From Ranitomeya imitator (taxonomy: Eukaryota), in NCBI RefSeq assembly GCF_032444005.1, contig NC_091288.1:203422001-203486000 (forward strand): 64,000 bases of DNA. The letters are read 5' to 3'. How positions within the stretch are numbered: the first letter of the stretch is position 1; every line of letters starts with the position of its first letter. Shown one piece after another: positions 31,001 to 43,812 of this stretch. The notes below the pieces were generated by a model that saw only the letters and a list, made by a program, of their open reading frames with translations, was not told where the DNA came from and made no database searches. A program made the position numbers and the translations under genes.

Positions 31001-34000
31001 AAAGGCCTGTTGGTGGCCTGAAAATGAGAAGAGGAGGGGAAAAAAAAAAAGATTTTAGAAGAGAAAAAAAAAATAAATTATTGGCTGGGTAAGTGGTGAA
31101 GAGTAGGGAGCGCACGGAGCACTCGTCTGCCTATAGAGTGCAGTGAAGATCAGGACGAGGCCTCCTCTCCTTCCTACCTGTGCACCATGTAGGGTCCCGA
31201 GCACCACGGCCGCACCAGGTTTAATGACCCGACAAATAGAAACCTCACAGCCTGAAGGACGGTCACTTTGGCTTAAAGGGACCTTAAAGGTGCCGCCCGC
31301 ATGGGATAAGTGTCTGCAGGTCACCAGTAACGGTCTATGTGCAGAACTGGATATAAAAATATCAATGTTTACAGAATTGGGAACGTGAGGGATATGAAGA
31401 CCCCAGAAGAGAAAAAAAAAAGCATGAGCAAAGGGTAAAAGGCCATATTTCCCATCCTTCTTGACAGCAGAAATCGCACACAGGAGATTACTGGCAGGAA
31501 ATGCCATACAGAGAACTCACAAGTACGGCCAAAATTAGAGGAGTTTACACAGGAACAAAAAAAACAACAACTTTCTTTAAAGCAGTTAGGGGGGCGGTGA
31601 AGCCCCATAAGCCTTCCAAACAGTCCTCCTCTCAGTGGTCTGGGAAAGCAGAGTCTTCCATCAAGGACCGCACTGGTCGTCACCCAGCTTTCCTAGGGAA
31701 GGGATTAGTGGGGTGTGCACGATCTAAGAGAGTCTGCTCACTGACAGGACGTCTCCACTATTTAGGCTAACGCCCCCCATCCTCCGATCCATCATCCGCA
31801 CCGCTTTCCAGAATCCATTAGGGCTAGAACCAGGGTTTCCAATCATATAAATGTCTTTCCTTGCAGCGGCCGGTGAGTAATACTATCCGCCAAATACTGG
31901 GGAAAGAAGATCTCTCAGCCCGTGGAAAAAACAAAACAAAACTTGGCTGCGGAGAATAAAAGTTTATTAACCATGTGCATCCTGAAGCCGACACCATGTC
32001 TTACACCCGGCGTGCCCGGTACTCACAGATCTGATGGTTCTTTAACAATCTGCGTTGTCATTGTCGTGTACACACTGTGGACTGTGATCCGGCCGAGGGA
32101 ACAAATGTTTTGTTTTTTTTTTGGCCTTGTGACTGCATTGGAAAGAAAAAGACAAACTTGTCTGACTCAGGTCCCGAGGGGAACCTCATGCGAGTTTAGA
32201 AAAATACTAAAAAGGGTGGAGAGGAATTTCATTTTTAGGGATGACCATCGATCATGGGAAAGTTTCTGAGCATCGGGCTGTTATTCACGGACACGTGATG
32301 GAAAGCACAAGAGGTGACGTGAAGCAGCGGCGGTGGCAAAAGAGCGCAGGGGCGGCGGCAAAAGAGCGCAGGGGCGGCGGCAAAAGAGCGCAGGGCGGCG
32401 GCAAAAGAGCGCAGGGGCGGCGGCAAAAGAGCGCAGGGGCGGCGGCAAAAGAGCGCAGGGGCGGCGGCAAAAGAGCGCAGGGGCGGCGGCAAAAGAGCGC
32501 AGGGGCGGCGGCAAAAGAGCGCAGGGGCGGCGGCAAAAGAGTGCAGCAGCTGGAGTGCTGCAGGTCGCCAACCACGACCCGAGCATGGCGACGTACCCCA
32601 GGGTCCTGCACCGTTCGCTTGGCTGTGGGCACGCTTCTCACGGGAGTACCACCGATCCCCTTTATGCACAAGAGCAGCAGAGTCGCCGGCGTACAACGTC
32701 GATCCTGCGTCATGGGAGGAAAGGCTTCCATGTATTAAGAGATTTTTCTCTAATCCTCTGTTAAAAGGACCCTCATATACGCAGCCCCCCTCATGATTCA
32801 ATAATGCATTAGACAGCGAAAGGGACATTAGTGTCTATTACATATTCATGTATTCTATTGTTTCCTGTTATCAGCCAGGTCAGGCTGGGAGAACAGTGAT
32901 GTACAGAGTTCTCTAATGGAACGGCGGACAAATCCCGGCACCATTATCACGGCTATGTCACGTATTTTGCATTCCCAATCATCAGCCGACAAAATGCTTG
33001 TTTGGCCACTGATTTAATGGATGATTCAATAATCGTAGTCGGCAGCACATCTCTACATGTAAAGAGGGGGATGTGCTGCAAACAATATGAATGGCGACAG
33101 AACAATGGCATTAATGACCATACAGATTGTATCGGCCCGTGCAAAAGGGGCCATTATATGTGCACTGATCGACTTATCTAATCAATCAGCCCTCATTAAT
33201 GGGAATCTGTCAACAGATTTTGGTTATGTAAGAGCACCATGATGTAGGGAGAGAGACCCTGATTCCAGTGATGTGTCACTTGCTGGGCTGCTTGCTGTCA
33301 TTTTGATGCAATCACTGTTTTCTCTGCTGCAGATGTAGCAGAGCTCAGAATGCTGAGCCCTGTATAACCCCGCCCACATCACTGATTGGCTGCTTTCTGT
33401 GTACACTGCATTTTCAGAGAGCTGCTAATCAGTGGTTTTGGTGGAGATGGACCAGGAGGCACGATACACCTAGTCCTGTAGTGAATCTCCTGCTGATAAA
33501 ACACTGATTGTATTAAGACAACAACACAAGATTAATAAGTGACATCTCTGGAATCAGGGTCTCTGCCCCTACATTATGCTGCTCTCAGATTAAATAGACA
33601 AAATCTGCTGACATAATTCTTTAAGTATGAATACATCTTAAAGGGGATGTCTATTTTTTATGCAAATGCATACGTTTTTCGGGCTGAAAAAAAAAATCAT
33701 TTTAAAATTTGGCACCTTTGACCTTTACAGCCTCTTTGTCTACCTGCATGTTCAGCTTTAAAGGGGTCTGTGGTCATAAAACAGTGGAGATGAGCTCAGA
33801 AAAAAAACACAAAAAAAAAAAAAAAAAAGAGTAACAAATCCTCCTGTAAGACTTATAGAATAAGCTCACTAATGGAGTCTCAGTTAACTCATTCAGCAGC
33901 CAACAATATACAGTGCAAAGCAGAAGGTAAACGCTGCAAAAATGTCCCCAACCCCCCCAAAAAAAACAACATGCTTTTAATGTAGGAAAAATGGCCAATG

Positions 34001-34842
34001 TCTCTAAAAAGTGGCCAATAAAACCCTTAAGGATTCATTTACATGTGATGAGACGGTATAAGAAGTCGCTCGGCGCATAGATAACGTCAGATCTACGGCA
34101 GGCACCTATGGGGGCAAACGTTCCTGGGTGGGGAGAAGTATTTTGGGGCTTAGAAGCCGTCCACGAATTACAAAGCGTTCAATAAACAGCGGTGACAATT
34201 ACATGGAAGCTGTGACTCCACGTCTGAGCGCGATCAACAGGGGCCGGGGCGGATAAACTGGTTTGATGGGAGGCAGGGTCACAACGCTGAACAGGCCAAA
34301 GTCCCTGAGAAAACTATTTCTAGGGCTGAATATTTCCATATTTTACAATTTGTAAGTAACAGCAGATTATGATAAGCCGCACAGGACGAATCTGACAACT
34401 AACTAACCTACCGAAAGTTCCCACCTGACAACCACCCCGCTGTGCTTCCACATACACATAAAGGTCAGCAAGGTCAGCTAATCTGGGGTGAAAACAATGC
34501 ACCGGCCGTCCCCTGGCCTGGGGGAAAAATGCAAAGAGACAACACCTTTTAGGGACTGGCTAACATCACGTAAGGACTAGTGATGAGCGAGCAAGGATAA
34601 GGTGTTATCTGAGCATGCTCGTGTGCTTACAGTGTCTTCAGCGAGATCGAAAAATATGTTCGCGGCTGTCTATCTCTATGTACAGAATGAGACCCCTTAC
34701 CGTTACTATAGGAGTACGGGGACTCAGAGGCTCCGTCCTGCAAACTCTCCAAGATCTCTCCCTTCCCGACGTCGCTATCTCCCACCAGCAGGAATTTCAG
34801 GAGGTAGTCGTAGCTTTTCACAGGGCTGCCTTGGGTGCCCAT
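25053..34842 (-). CDS. RAB40C: Ras-related protein Rab-40C (Rab GTPase with SOCS box and C-terminal CKIS prenylation motif), 6 coding exons, 286 aa
   Basis: Exons 34842-34701, 28342-28282, 26718-26658, 26439-26362, 25689-25467, 25348-25053 (861 nt, all GT-AG). Motifs [40 protein letters not shown] box [12 protein letters not shown]-terminus SNCKIS. Confidence 0.96.
25878..26072. other. Assembly gap (N run) in RAB40C intron 4
   Basis: Run of N. Confidence 1.
26834..28031 (+). mobile_element. Degraded, internally deleted Tc1 element in RAB40C intron 2
   Basis: TA|CAGCGGTACTTGGAAGTTTGTGAAACCCTT ... AAGGGCTCACAAACTTTCAAGCATCACGG|TA; remnants of a paired-like N-terminus ([11 protein letters not shown]-like) near 27330. 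Confidence 0.75.
28415..28952. mobile_element. 538-bp, almost fully palindromic T2/Kolobok-type MITE
   Basis: TTAA|AGGGAACCTG ... CAGGTTCCCT|TTAA; mirror-image ORFs on both strands (28549-28785 minus, 28578-28820 plus). Confidence 0.85.
29028..29564. repeat. 21-bp minisatellite (CACCTGCTGCCCCATCCCCMT) x ~25 in RAB40C intron 1
   Basis: Directly visible. Confidence 0.97.
32335..32546. repeat. 22-bp GC-rich minisatellite (AAAAGAGCGCAGGGGCGGCGGC) x ~9.5
   Basis: Directly visible. Confidence 0.95.
33198..33625. mobile_element. T2/Kolobok-type MITE (boundaries approximate)
   Basis: Inverted arms GAGACCCTGATTCCAGTGATGTGTCAC / GTGACATCTCTGGAATCAGGGTCTC; ends near TAATGGGAATCTGTC and GACATAATTCTTTAA. 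Confidence 0.6.
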
Positions 34843-35125
34843 CCTCCCTCCTTCTCAGGAGGCAAACGGCATGTCAGGCTCCTCCAAATGGGCCACTGCC
34901 AGGTGCTGTCAACCGTGGATGCCCGTCAGTCCTGCCAGGTGCTGTCAACCGTGGATGCCCGTCAGTCCGGGGAACGACAGATGGGGCTTCACTGCTGCTT
35001 CATCCAAACGCTCCTTAGAGACCGGGTGGGGAAGAAATCCTGGGATAAAGAAACAGAAGGAACTTTCAGCAAAAGCAGATACATCGATTGATAGATGATC
35101 ACATTCGTCCTGTATTTACATCCAA

Positions 35126-35416
35126 GCCACCGGATAACCGCCCGTGCCCCCGGGGCCACCGGATAACCGCCCGCACCCCCAGGGCCACCGGATAACCGCC
35201 CGCACCCCCAGGGCCACCGGATAACCACCCTCATCCCCAGGGCCACCGGATAACCGCCCGCACCCCCAGGGCCACCGGACAACCGCCCGCACCCCCGGGG
35301 CCACCGGATAACCGCCCGCACCCCCCGGGGCCACCGGATAACCGTCTGCACCCCCAGAGCTACCGGATAACCGCCCGCACCCCCAGAGCTACCGGATAAC
35401 CGCCCGCATCCCCTGG
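35126..35416. repeat. 29-bp GC-rich minisatellite (CCACCGGATAACCGCCCGCACCCCCAGGG) x ~10 upstream of the RAB40C ATG
   Basis: Directly visible. Confidence 0.95.
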
Positions 35417-35658
35417 TTCTGGAGCATAAAAGGCTTTTCTTCCCACCGGCTGGCATAATGATGAAGGGAGAGGTACAGCGGCTTCCTCCAATGGGAGGAC
35501 GAGCTATGGTGCAGCCACTCCTTGGCAGGGGAGCGGATTACACAACTATTTGCATAAATAGCAAAACACAGGCAGATGGCTCCGCATCTTAACCCTCGCA
35601 TGCCTGCCTGGGGTTGTGCGAAGCAATAAGACTGGCAGTCTCACCAGCGCTGATGGGG

Positions 35659-35806
35659 NNNNNNNNNNNNNNNNNNNNNNNNNNNNNNNNNNNNNNNNNN
35701 NNNNNNNNNNNNNNNNNNNNNNNNNNNNNNNNNNNNNNNNNNNNNNNNNNNNNNNNNNNNNNNNNNNNNNNNNNNNNNNNNNNNNNNNNNNNNNNNNNNN
35801 NNNNNN
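35659..35806. other. Assembly gap (N run) in the RAB40C 5' region
   Basis: Run of N. Confidence 1.
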
Positions 35807-37647
35807 TATCCCCCGAAGATTCACAATCAATGGCCACTCATTATAAATCACGCCTGTGTTGGCGCAGGAGGAGGGGGCTATTCTCGTGCCTCCTGCTGCT
35901 GGTGGGTAGGGAGGGGGACGTCGTCCTTCTGCCCCCCAGACCCAAGACAAAGCAAACACCATCACAAAGAATGATCAATGATACTAATATTACACATAAT
36001 ATGGAAATGTCCTATCATTAGGTCATAAACTTTGCCTTTAACCCTTTACTATCGTGTCCTTCCTAAATCCATATTCACAGCACTGTCCGCGCCTCCGTCT
36101 ATTACAACCTATAGGCTTATCCCGGTTACTTGCACTCTATCCAAAGCGGAGATCTTTTTGTAAGGGTCCCAGAGCCCCGATTTCCGGATTACCGGAGATC
36201 CCAGCGGTCAGAAAGTTATTCCTTATTATATGTATCAGGGATAACGTGTGATTTGTGTTCTCCGGATCCATGGTCAATTACGTCAAGATCAAATCAATAC
36301 AGTGGGAAAATCCTATTAAACCCATCTCCAGTCCGCTGTGAGCAGGCATGTACGCGTGCCCAAGAAAAACACGCAGAACCGGTTCCTGGGGTGCCGCCAT
36401 ACTCATCACTTTCCATGACAAGTGTGCCGTGACCGCAGATCATCACACCGCATACAAAGTCCGTGTGTGTGCTCGCCCCCCGCTATAAGTCCACCCAATC
36501 CATCCATCTACACGTGTTATTCCCACAGCGGCAGCATATGGCCGGCACTGGAGACGGAGCGGGGTCCCTGCGGACCCAGGAGTATCCGCCACACAATAGT
36601 TTGGGAACAAAGACTCTCGGTCTCCTGTGTTGTCGGGTCCGGACCAGTGTTGTGTCAACAAGGACGACATTTCCACATCGCGTTTCTCCACCTTTATTAT
36701 ATACGACCAATCACAAGGGGCAATTATCACAAAAACGTAAAGAATTTCAAGGGGTAATTCCCATCTTAAACCATAGGATTGGCAGAGGTCAGACCTCAGA
36801 CCCTAACTGTGAATAAAGGGGGCCCAGAGCTGCCACATTCCCATTTAAAGGGGAACATGTCAGGACGATTCTCCTACAGAAACAAGCGGTGAATGACCCG
36901 GATTGCATGGACACGCCCCCAATGCACTGCCAGGCTAATTTGCATGTGGCTTCAGAGCGCTATTTAGACCTATATGGCGATATATATTGATGTCCAAGTC
37001 GACTAAACGGTGCCACCATAGTCACGGATCAAACTCGCCAATTGGTCGGTGGGGAAACTTAAAAAATAAAAAGGGACAGTCCATTGATATGCTGTCCTAG
37101 GGCGGTCCATTGTCACTGTTTATATTACAGGAGGACTATCCCCACCACACTGACACCCATCCTTGCCAAGAGGGCAGACAGCAGGGGTCGGCCACCATTG
37201 GGACCAATTATTTTTCTTACTTAAATGCATTTTAGGCTAAAAATAATGTTTGCAATTAGGCTTCATTAAACATTCTGCACGATTGGCCTTCTACAGCCTC
37301 TGCGTTGCGCTGTCTATTGCAGGCTGCAGAATGAGTTAACTGAGAATCCAAACAAACATGGGTGATAACACTCTGGAGGTGAAAAAAAAAAAAAGACGTC
37401 TGAATTGTGCTTTCACTTTTTAATTAGAAGCTAGAGAGCCCTCTATCATTCATTTTAATGTGTTTTGCATGCAAAAAAAAAAAAAAAAACACACAATGAC
37501 CAAGTTCTGATGAAGAGATCGAGTACGCAGAAGGAAAGTGTTTTTTTTTTTAGGTACGATTAAAAAAAAAATTGGATGTCTGAATAGGGCCTCAGGCTAT
37601 GCCGGGTATATACATGTCTGTAGCCCACCAACTGCAAACATCAGGAT

Positions 37648-37868
37648 TAGTGATGTGCGACCCTGCTGGGATAAGATGTTATCTGAGCATGCTCGAGTGC
37701 TAACCGAGTGTCTTCGGCGTGCTCGAAGAATATGTTTGAGTCCTCACGGTTGCAAGTCTCGAGGCTGATTGACAGCCGTAACACATCCAGGGATTACCTA
37801 ACAGACACACTGTTAGCACACGAGCATGCTCAGATAACACCTTATCCCAGCACGGTCGCTCATCACTG
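37648..37868. mobile_element. hAT-type MITE with a perfect 8-bp target-site duplication
   Basis: ATCAGGAT|TAGTGATG ... CATCACTG|ATCAGGAT (TSDs 37640-37647 and 37869-37876). Confidence 0.85.
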
Positions 37869-38308
37869 ATCAGGATACATCACTGATAGGCTACAGTTAC
37901 AATTGTATAGATTAAAAAAAAAAAAAACACAACAGAAACCAACAGTTTACAGAACAGTATCCATTTTCCTGGAGAAAGGCAGCTGGCAGATGTGCCGGAC
38001 AGCACCTGCTCTCCCCCTGTACACACACACTCGGGAGAACGATGCCTGCGGCGAGTGCTGGAGAGCGCACCAGCAAGAGGCTCTTACCCGTCCGGCTGGT
38101 TTTACGACACAGCAGCAGCAAGGATGCATCATGTGCGCAGCCAGAACGGGTCACACCGGCACCTGCAGCCGTAAACCGGGCACAGAAGGGAGCACGATAC
38201 TGATAACAGGAACCTATGGAGCGTGATGAACAGAGGGGAACTACAAGACCCATAATGCCCTGATCAGAACATGGTGGGGCTTGTAGTATTAGAAACTGTT
38301 GTGAAACG

Positions 38309-41300
38309 ACAACCACCTGCATAGCTTGTCCACACAGGGCATGCTGGGAGTTGTAGTGTCACAGCAGTACCTATAGCACTACAACCACCTGCACAGCTCA
38401 TCCACACAGGGCATGCTGAGAGTTGTAGTGTCACAGCAGTACCTGTAGCACTACAACCACCTGCATAGCTCATCCACACAGGGCATGCTGGGAGTTGTAG
38501 TGTCACAGCAGTACCTATAGCACTACAACCACCTGCATAGCTCATCCACACAGGGCATGCTGGGAGTTGTAGTGTCACAGCAGTACCTGTAGCACTACAA
38601 CCACCTGCATAGCTCATCCACACAGGGCATGCTGGGAGTTGTAGTGTCACAGCAGTACCTGTAGCACTACAACCACCTGCATAGCTCATCCACACAGGGC
38701 ATGCTGGGAGTTGTAGTGTCACAGCAGTACCTATAGCACTACAACCACCTGCACAGCTCATCCACACAGGGCATGCTGAGAGTTGTAGTGTCACAGCAGT
38801 ACCTGTAGCACTACAACCACCTGCATAGCTCATCCACACAGGGCATGCTGGGAGTTGTAGTGTCACAGCAGTACCTATAGCACTACAACCACCTGCACAG
38901 CTCATCCACACAGGGCATGCTGAGAGTTGTAGTGTCACAGCAGTACCTGTAGCACTACAACCACCTGCATAGCTCATCCACACAGGGCATGCTGGGAGTT
39001 GTAGTGTCACAGCAGTACCTGTAGCACTACAACCACCTGCATAGCTCATCCACACAGGGCATGCTGGGAGTTGTAGTGTCACAGCAGTACCTATAGCACT
39101 ACAACCACCTGCATAGCTCATCCACACAGAGCATGCTGGGCGTTGTAGTGTCACAGCAGTACCTGTAGCACTACAACCACCTGCATAGCTCATCCACACA
39201 GGGCATGCTGGGAGTTGTAGTGTCACAGCAGTACCTATAGCACTACAACCACCTGCATAGCTCATCCACACAGGGCATGCTGAGAGTTGTAGTGTCACAG
39301 CAGTACCTATAGCACTACAACCACCTGCACAGCTCATCCACACAGGGCATGCTGGGAGTTGTAGTGTCACAGCAGTACCTACAGCACTACAACCACCTGC
39401 ATAGCTCATCCACACAGGGCATGCTGGGAGTTGTAGTGTCACAGCAGTACCTATAGCACTACAACCACCTGCATAGCTCATCCACACAGGGCATGCTGAG
39501 AGTTGTAGTGTCACAGCAGTACCTATAGCACTACAACCACCTGCACAGCTCATCCACACAGGGCATGCTGGGAGTTGTAGTGTCACAGCAGTACCTGTAG
39601 CACTACAACCACCTGCATAGCTCATCCACACAGGGCATGCTGGGAGTTGTAGTGTCACAGCAGTACTTATAGCACTACAACCACCTGCATAGCTCATCCA
39701 CACAGGGCATGCTGGGAGTTGTAGTGTCACAGCAGTACCTATAGCACTACAACCACCTGCATAGCTCATCCACACAGGGCATGCTGGGAGTTGTAGTATC
39801 ACAGCAGTACCTACAGCACTGCAACCACCTGCAAAGCTCATCCACACAGGGCATGCTGAGAGTTGTAGTGTCACAGCAGTACCTGTAGCACTACAACCAC
39901 CTGCACAGCTCATCCACACAGGGCATGCTAAGAGTTGTAGTGTCACAGCAGTACCTGTAGCACTACAACCACCTGCATAGCTCATCCACACAGGGCATGC
40001 TGGGAGTTGTAGTGTCACAGCAGTACCTATAGCACTACAACCACCTGCACAGCTCATCCACACAGGACATGCTGAGAGTTGTAGTGTCACAGCAGTACCT
40101 GTAGCACTACAACCACCTGCATAGCTCATCCACACAGGGCATGCTGGGAGTTGTAGTGTCACAGCAGTACTTATAGCACTACAACCACCTGCATAGCTCA
40201 TCCTCACAGGACATGCTGGGAGTTGTAGTGTCAGAGCAGTACCTACAGCACTACAACCACCTGCATAGCTCATCCACACAGGGCATGCTGAGAGTTGTAG
40301 TGTCACAGCAGTACCTATAGCACTACAACCACCTGCACAGCTCATCCACACAGGGCATGCTGAGAGTTGTAGTGTCACAGCAGTACCTGTAGCACTACAA
40401 CCACCTGCATAGCTCATCCACACAGGACATGCTGGGAGTTGTAGTGTCAGAGCAGTACCTACAGCACTACAACCACCTGCATAGCTCATCCACACAGGGC
40501 ATGCTGGGAGTTGTAGTGTCACAGCAGTACCTATAGCACTACAACCACCTGCACAGCTCATCCACACAGGGCATGCTGGGAGTTGTAGTGTCAAAGCAGT
40601 ACCTATAGCACTACAACCACCTGCATAGCTCAATCACAGAGCATGGTGGGAGTTGCAGTGTCACAGCAGTACCTATAGCATTACAACCACCTGCATAGCT
40701 CAATCACAGAGCATGCTGGGAGTTGTAGTGTCAGAGCAGTACCTACAGCACTACAACCACCTGCATAGCTCATCCACACAGGGCATGCTGGGAGTTGTAG
40801 TGTCACAGCAGTACCTATAGCACTACAACCACCTGCATAGCTCAATCACAGAGCATGGTGGGAGTTGTAGTGTCACAGCAGTACCTACAGCACTACCTAC
40901 AGCACTACAACCACCTGCAAAGCTCATCCACACAGGGCATGCTGGGAGTTGTAGTGTCACAGCAGTACCTATAGCACTACAACCACCTGCAAAGCTCATC
41001 CACACAGGGCATGCTGGGAGTTGTAGTGTCAAAGCAGTACCTGTAGCACTACAACCACCTGCAAAGCTCATCCACACAGGGCATGCTGGGAGTTGTAGTG
41101 TCACAGCAGTACCTATAGAACTACAACCACCTGCATAGCTCATCCACACAGGGCATGCTGGGAGTTGCAGTGGCACAGCAGTACCTATAGCACTACAACC
41201 ACCTGCATAGCTCATCCACACAGGGCATGCTGGGAGTTGTAGTGGCACAGCAGTACCTATAGCACTACAACCACCTGCATAGCTCAATCACACAGAGCAT

Positions 41301-43417
41301 GGTGGGATGGTGGGAGTTGTAGTGTCACAGCAGTACCTATAGCACTACAACCACCTGCATAGCTCATCCACACAGGGCATGCTGGGCGTTGTAGTGTCAC
41401 AGCAGTACCTATAGCACTACAACCACCTGCATAGCTCATCCACACAGGGCATGCTGGGCGTTGTAGTGTCGCAGTACCTATAGCACTACAGCCACTTGCA
41501 TAGCTCATCCACACAGGGCATGCTGGGAGCTGTAGTGTCACAGCAGTACCTACAGCACTGCAACCACCTGCATAGCTCAATCACACAGGGCATACTGGGA
41601 GTTGTAGTGTCACAGCAGTACCTATAGCACTACAACCACCTGCATAGCTCAATCACACAGGGCATACTGGGAGTTGTAGTGTCACAGCAGTACCTATAGC
41701 ACTACAACCACCTGCACAGCTCATCCACACAGGGCATGCTGGGAGTCGTAGTGTCACAGCAGTACCTATAGCACTACAACCACCTGCATAGCTCATCCAC
41801 ACAGGGCATGCTGGGAGTTGTAGTGTCACAGCAGTACCTGTAGCACTACAACCACCTGCATAGCTCAATCACACAGGGCATGCTGGGAGTTGTAGTGTCA
41901 CAGCAGTACCTATAGCACTACAACCACCTGCACAGCTCATCCACACAGGGCATGCTGGGAGTTGTAGTGTCACAGCAGTACCTATAGCACTACAACCACC
42001 TGCATAGCTCATCCACACAGAGCATGCTGGGCGTTGTAGTGTCACAGCAGTACTTATAGCACTACAACCACCTGCATAGCTCATCCACACAGAGCATGCT
42101 GGGCGTTGTAGTGTCACAGCAGTACCTGTAGCACTACAACCACCTGCATAGCTCATCCACACAGAGCATGCTGGGCGTTGTAGTGTCACAGCAGTACCTG
42201 TAGCACTACAACCACCTGCATAGCTCATCCACACAGGGCATGCTGGGAGTTGTAGTGTCACAGCAGTACCTGTAGCACTACAACCACCTGCATAGCTCAT
42301 CCACACAGGGCATGCTGGGAGTTGTAGTGTCACAGCAGTACCTATAGCACTACAACCACCTGCATAGCTCATCCACACAGAGCATGCTGGGCGTTGTAGT
42401 GTCACAGCAGTACTTATAGCACTACAACCACCTGCATAGCTCATCCACACAGAGCATGCTGGGCGTTGTAGTGTCACAGCAGTACCTATAGCACTACAAC
42501 CACCTGCATAGCTCATCCACACAGAGCATGCTGGGCGTTGTAGTGTCACAGCAGTACCTATAGCACTACAACCACCTGCATAGCTCATCCACACAGGGCA
42601 TGCTGAGAGTTGTAGTGTCACAGCAGTACCTGTAGCACTACAACCACCTGCATAGCTCATCCACACAGGGCATGCTGGGAGTTGTAGTGTCACAGCAGTA
42701 CCTATAGCACTACAACCACCTGCACAGCTCATCCACACAGGGCATGCTGGGAGTTGTAGTGTCACAGCAGTACCTATAGCACTACAACCACCTGCATAGC
42801 TCATCCACACAGAGCATGCTGGGCGTTGTAGTGTCACAGCAGTACTTATAGCACTACAACCACCTGCATAGCTCATCCACACAGAGCATGCTGGGCGTTG
42901 TAGTGTCACAGCAGTACCTATAGCACTACAACCACCTGCATAGCTCATCCACACAGAGCATGCTGGGCGTTGTAGTGTCACAGCAGTACCTATAGCACTA
43001 CAACCACCTGCATAGCTCAATCACACAGGGCATACTGGGAGTTGTAGTGTCACAGCAGTACCTATAGCACTACAGCCACTTGCATAGCTCATCCACACAG
43101 GGCATGCTGGGAGTCGTAGTGTCACAGCAGTACCTATAGCACTACAACCACCTGCATAGCTCATCCACACAGGGCATGCTGGGAGTTGTAGTGTCACAGC
43201 AGTACCTATAGCACTACAACCACCTGCATAGCTCATCCACACAGAGCATGCTGGGCGTTGTAGTGTCACAGCAGTACCTGTAGCACTACAACCACCTGCA
43301 TAGCTCAATCACACAGGGCATACTGGGAGTTGTAGTGTCACAGCAGTACCTATAGCACTACAGCTACTTGCATAGCTCATCCACACAGGGCATGCTGGGA
43401 GTTGTAGTGTCACAGCA
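38309..43417. repeat. 72-bp satellite x ~71 (ACAACCACCTGCATAGCTCATCCACACAGGGCATGCTGGGAGTTGTAGTGTCACAGCAGTACCTATAGCACT)
   Basis: Directly visible; 72 bp = 24 codons explains the long repeat ORFs. Confidence 0.98.
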
Positions 43418-43519
43418 GGCACAGATAAAAGAGCAGTAACTGAGCAGATACAGGGTAAGAGCTCACTACACAAAGTGCAGAAATGCCGGATGCTGTATCA
43501 AGTAACAGGCGGAACTCAC

Positions 43520-43812
43520 CGACTGGGCACCCGGGAAAGAGGCCTGACACCTGGGGGCAGAAACTACGTGACTCCCGGGCCGCGGCCTCCTCTGCGTACA
43601 CAGGTCCTCCCGAGCTGAAGCCGGTCAGTCAGGGGACAGGAGTCTTCAGAGTCCGGGGCAGCGCCACAAACAGCCGGGCCCAGCTACAGCGCTCCACTGC
43701 CTCCTCTGTCACTGCGCCTGCGTAACACGACGCCACCAGAGAGATCCCCTCCCCAGTGCGGAGCTCCACCCTGTCAGCAGCGAGAGACATTGCGGACAGC
43801 GCCACCTGGTGG
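43520..43812 (-). promoter_or_regulatory. CpG-rich promoter-like region with a CTCF motif and a candidate non-coding first exon (probably an upstream RAB40C TSS)
   Basis: Minus strand CCACCAGGTGGCGCTG at 43797-43812; donor TCG|GTGAGT at 43520/43519; high GC/CpG content. Confidence 0.45.

Noticed and set aside
38264-43308. 789-aa and 383-aa Cys-rich repeat ORFs (MSYAGGCSAIGTAVTLQLPACPVW)n
   Set aside because: A 72-bp unit is 24 codons, so one stop-free frame propagates automatically. There is no signal peptide or unique domain, and the frame breaks freely at indels.
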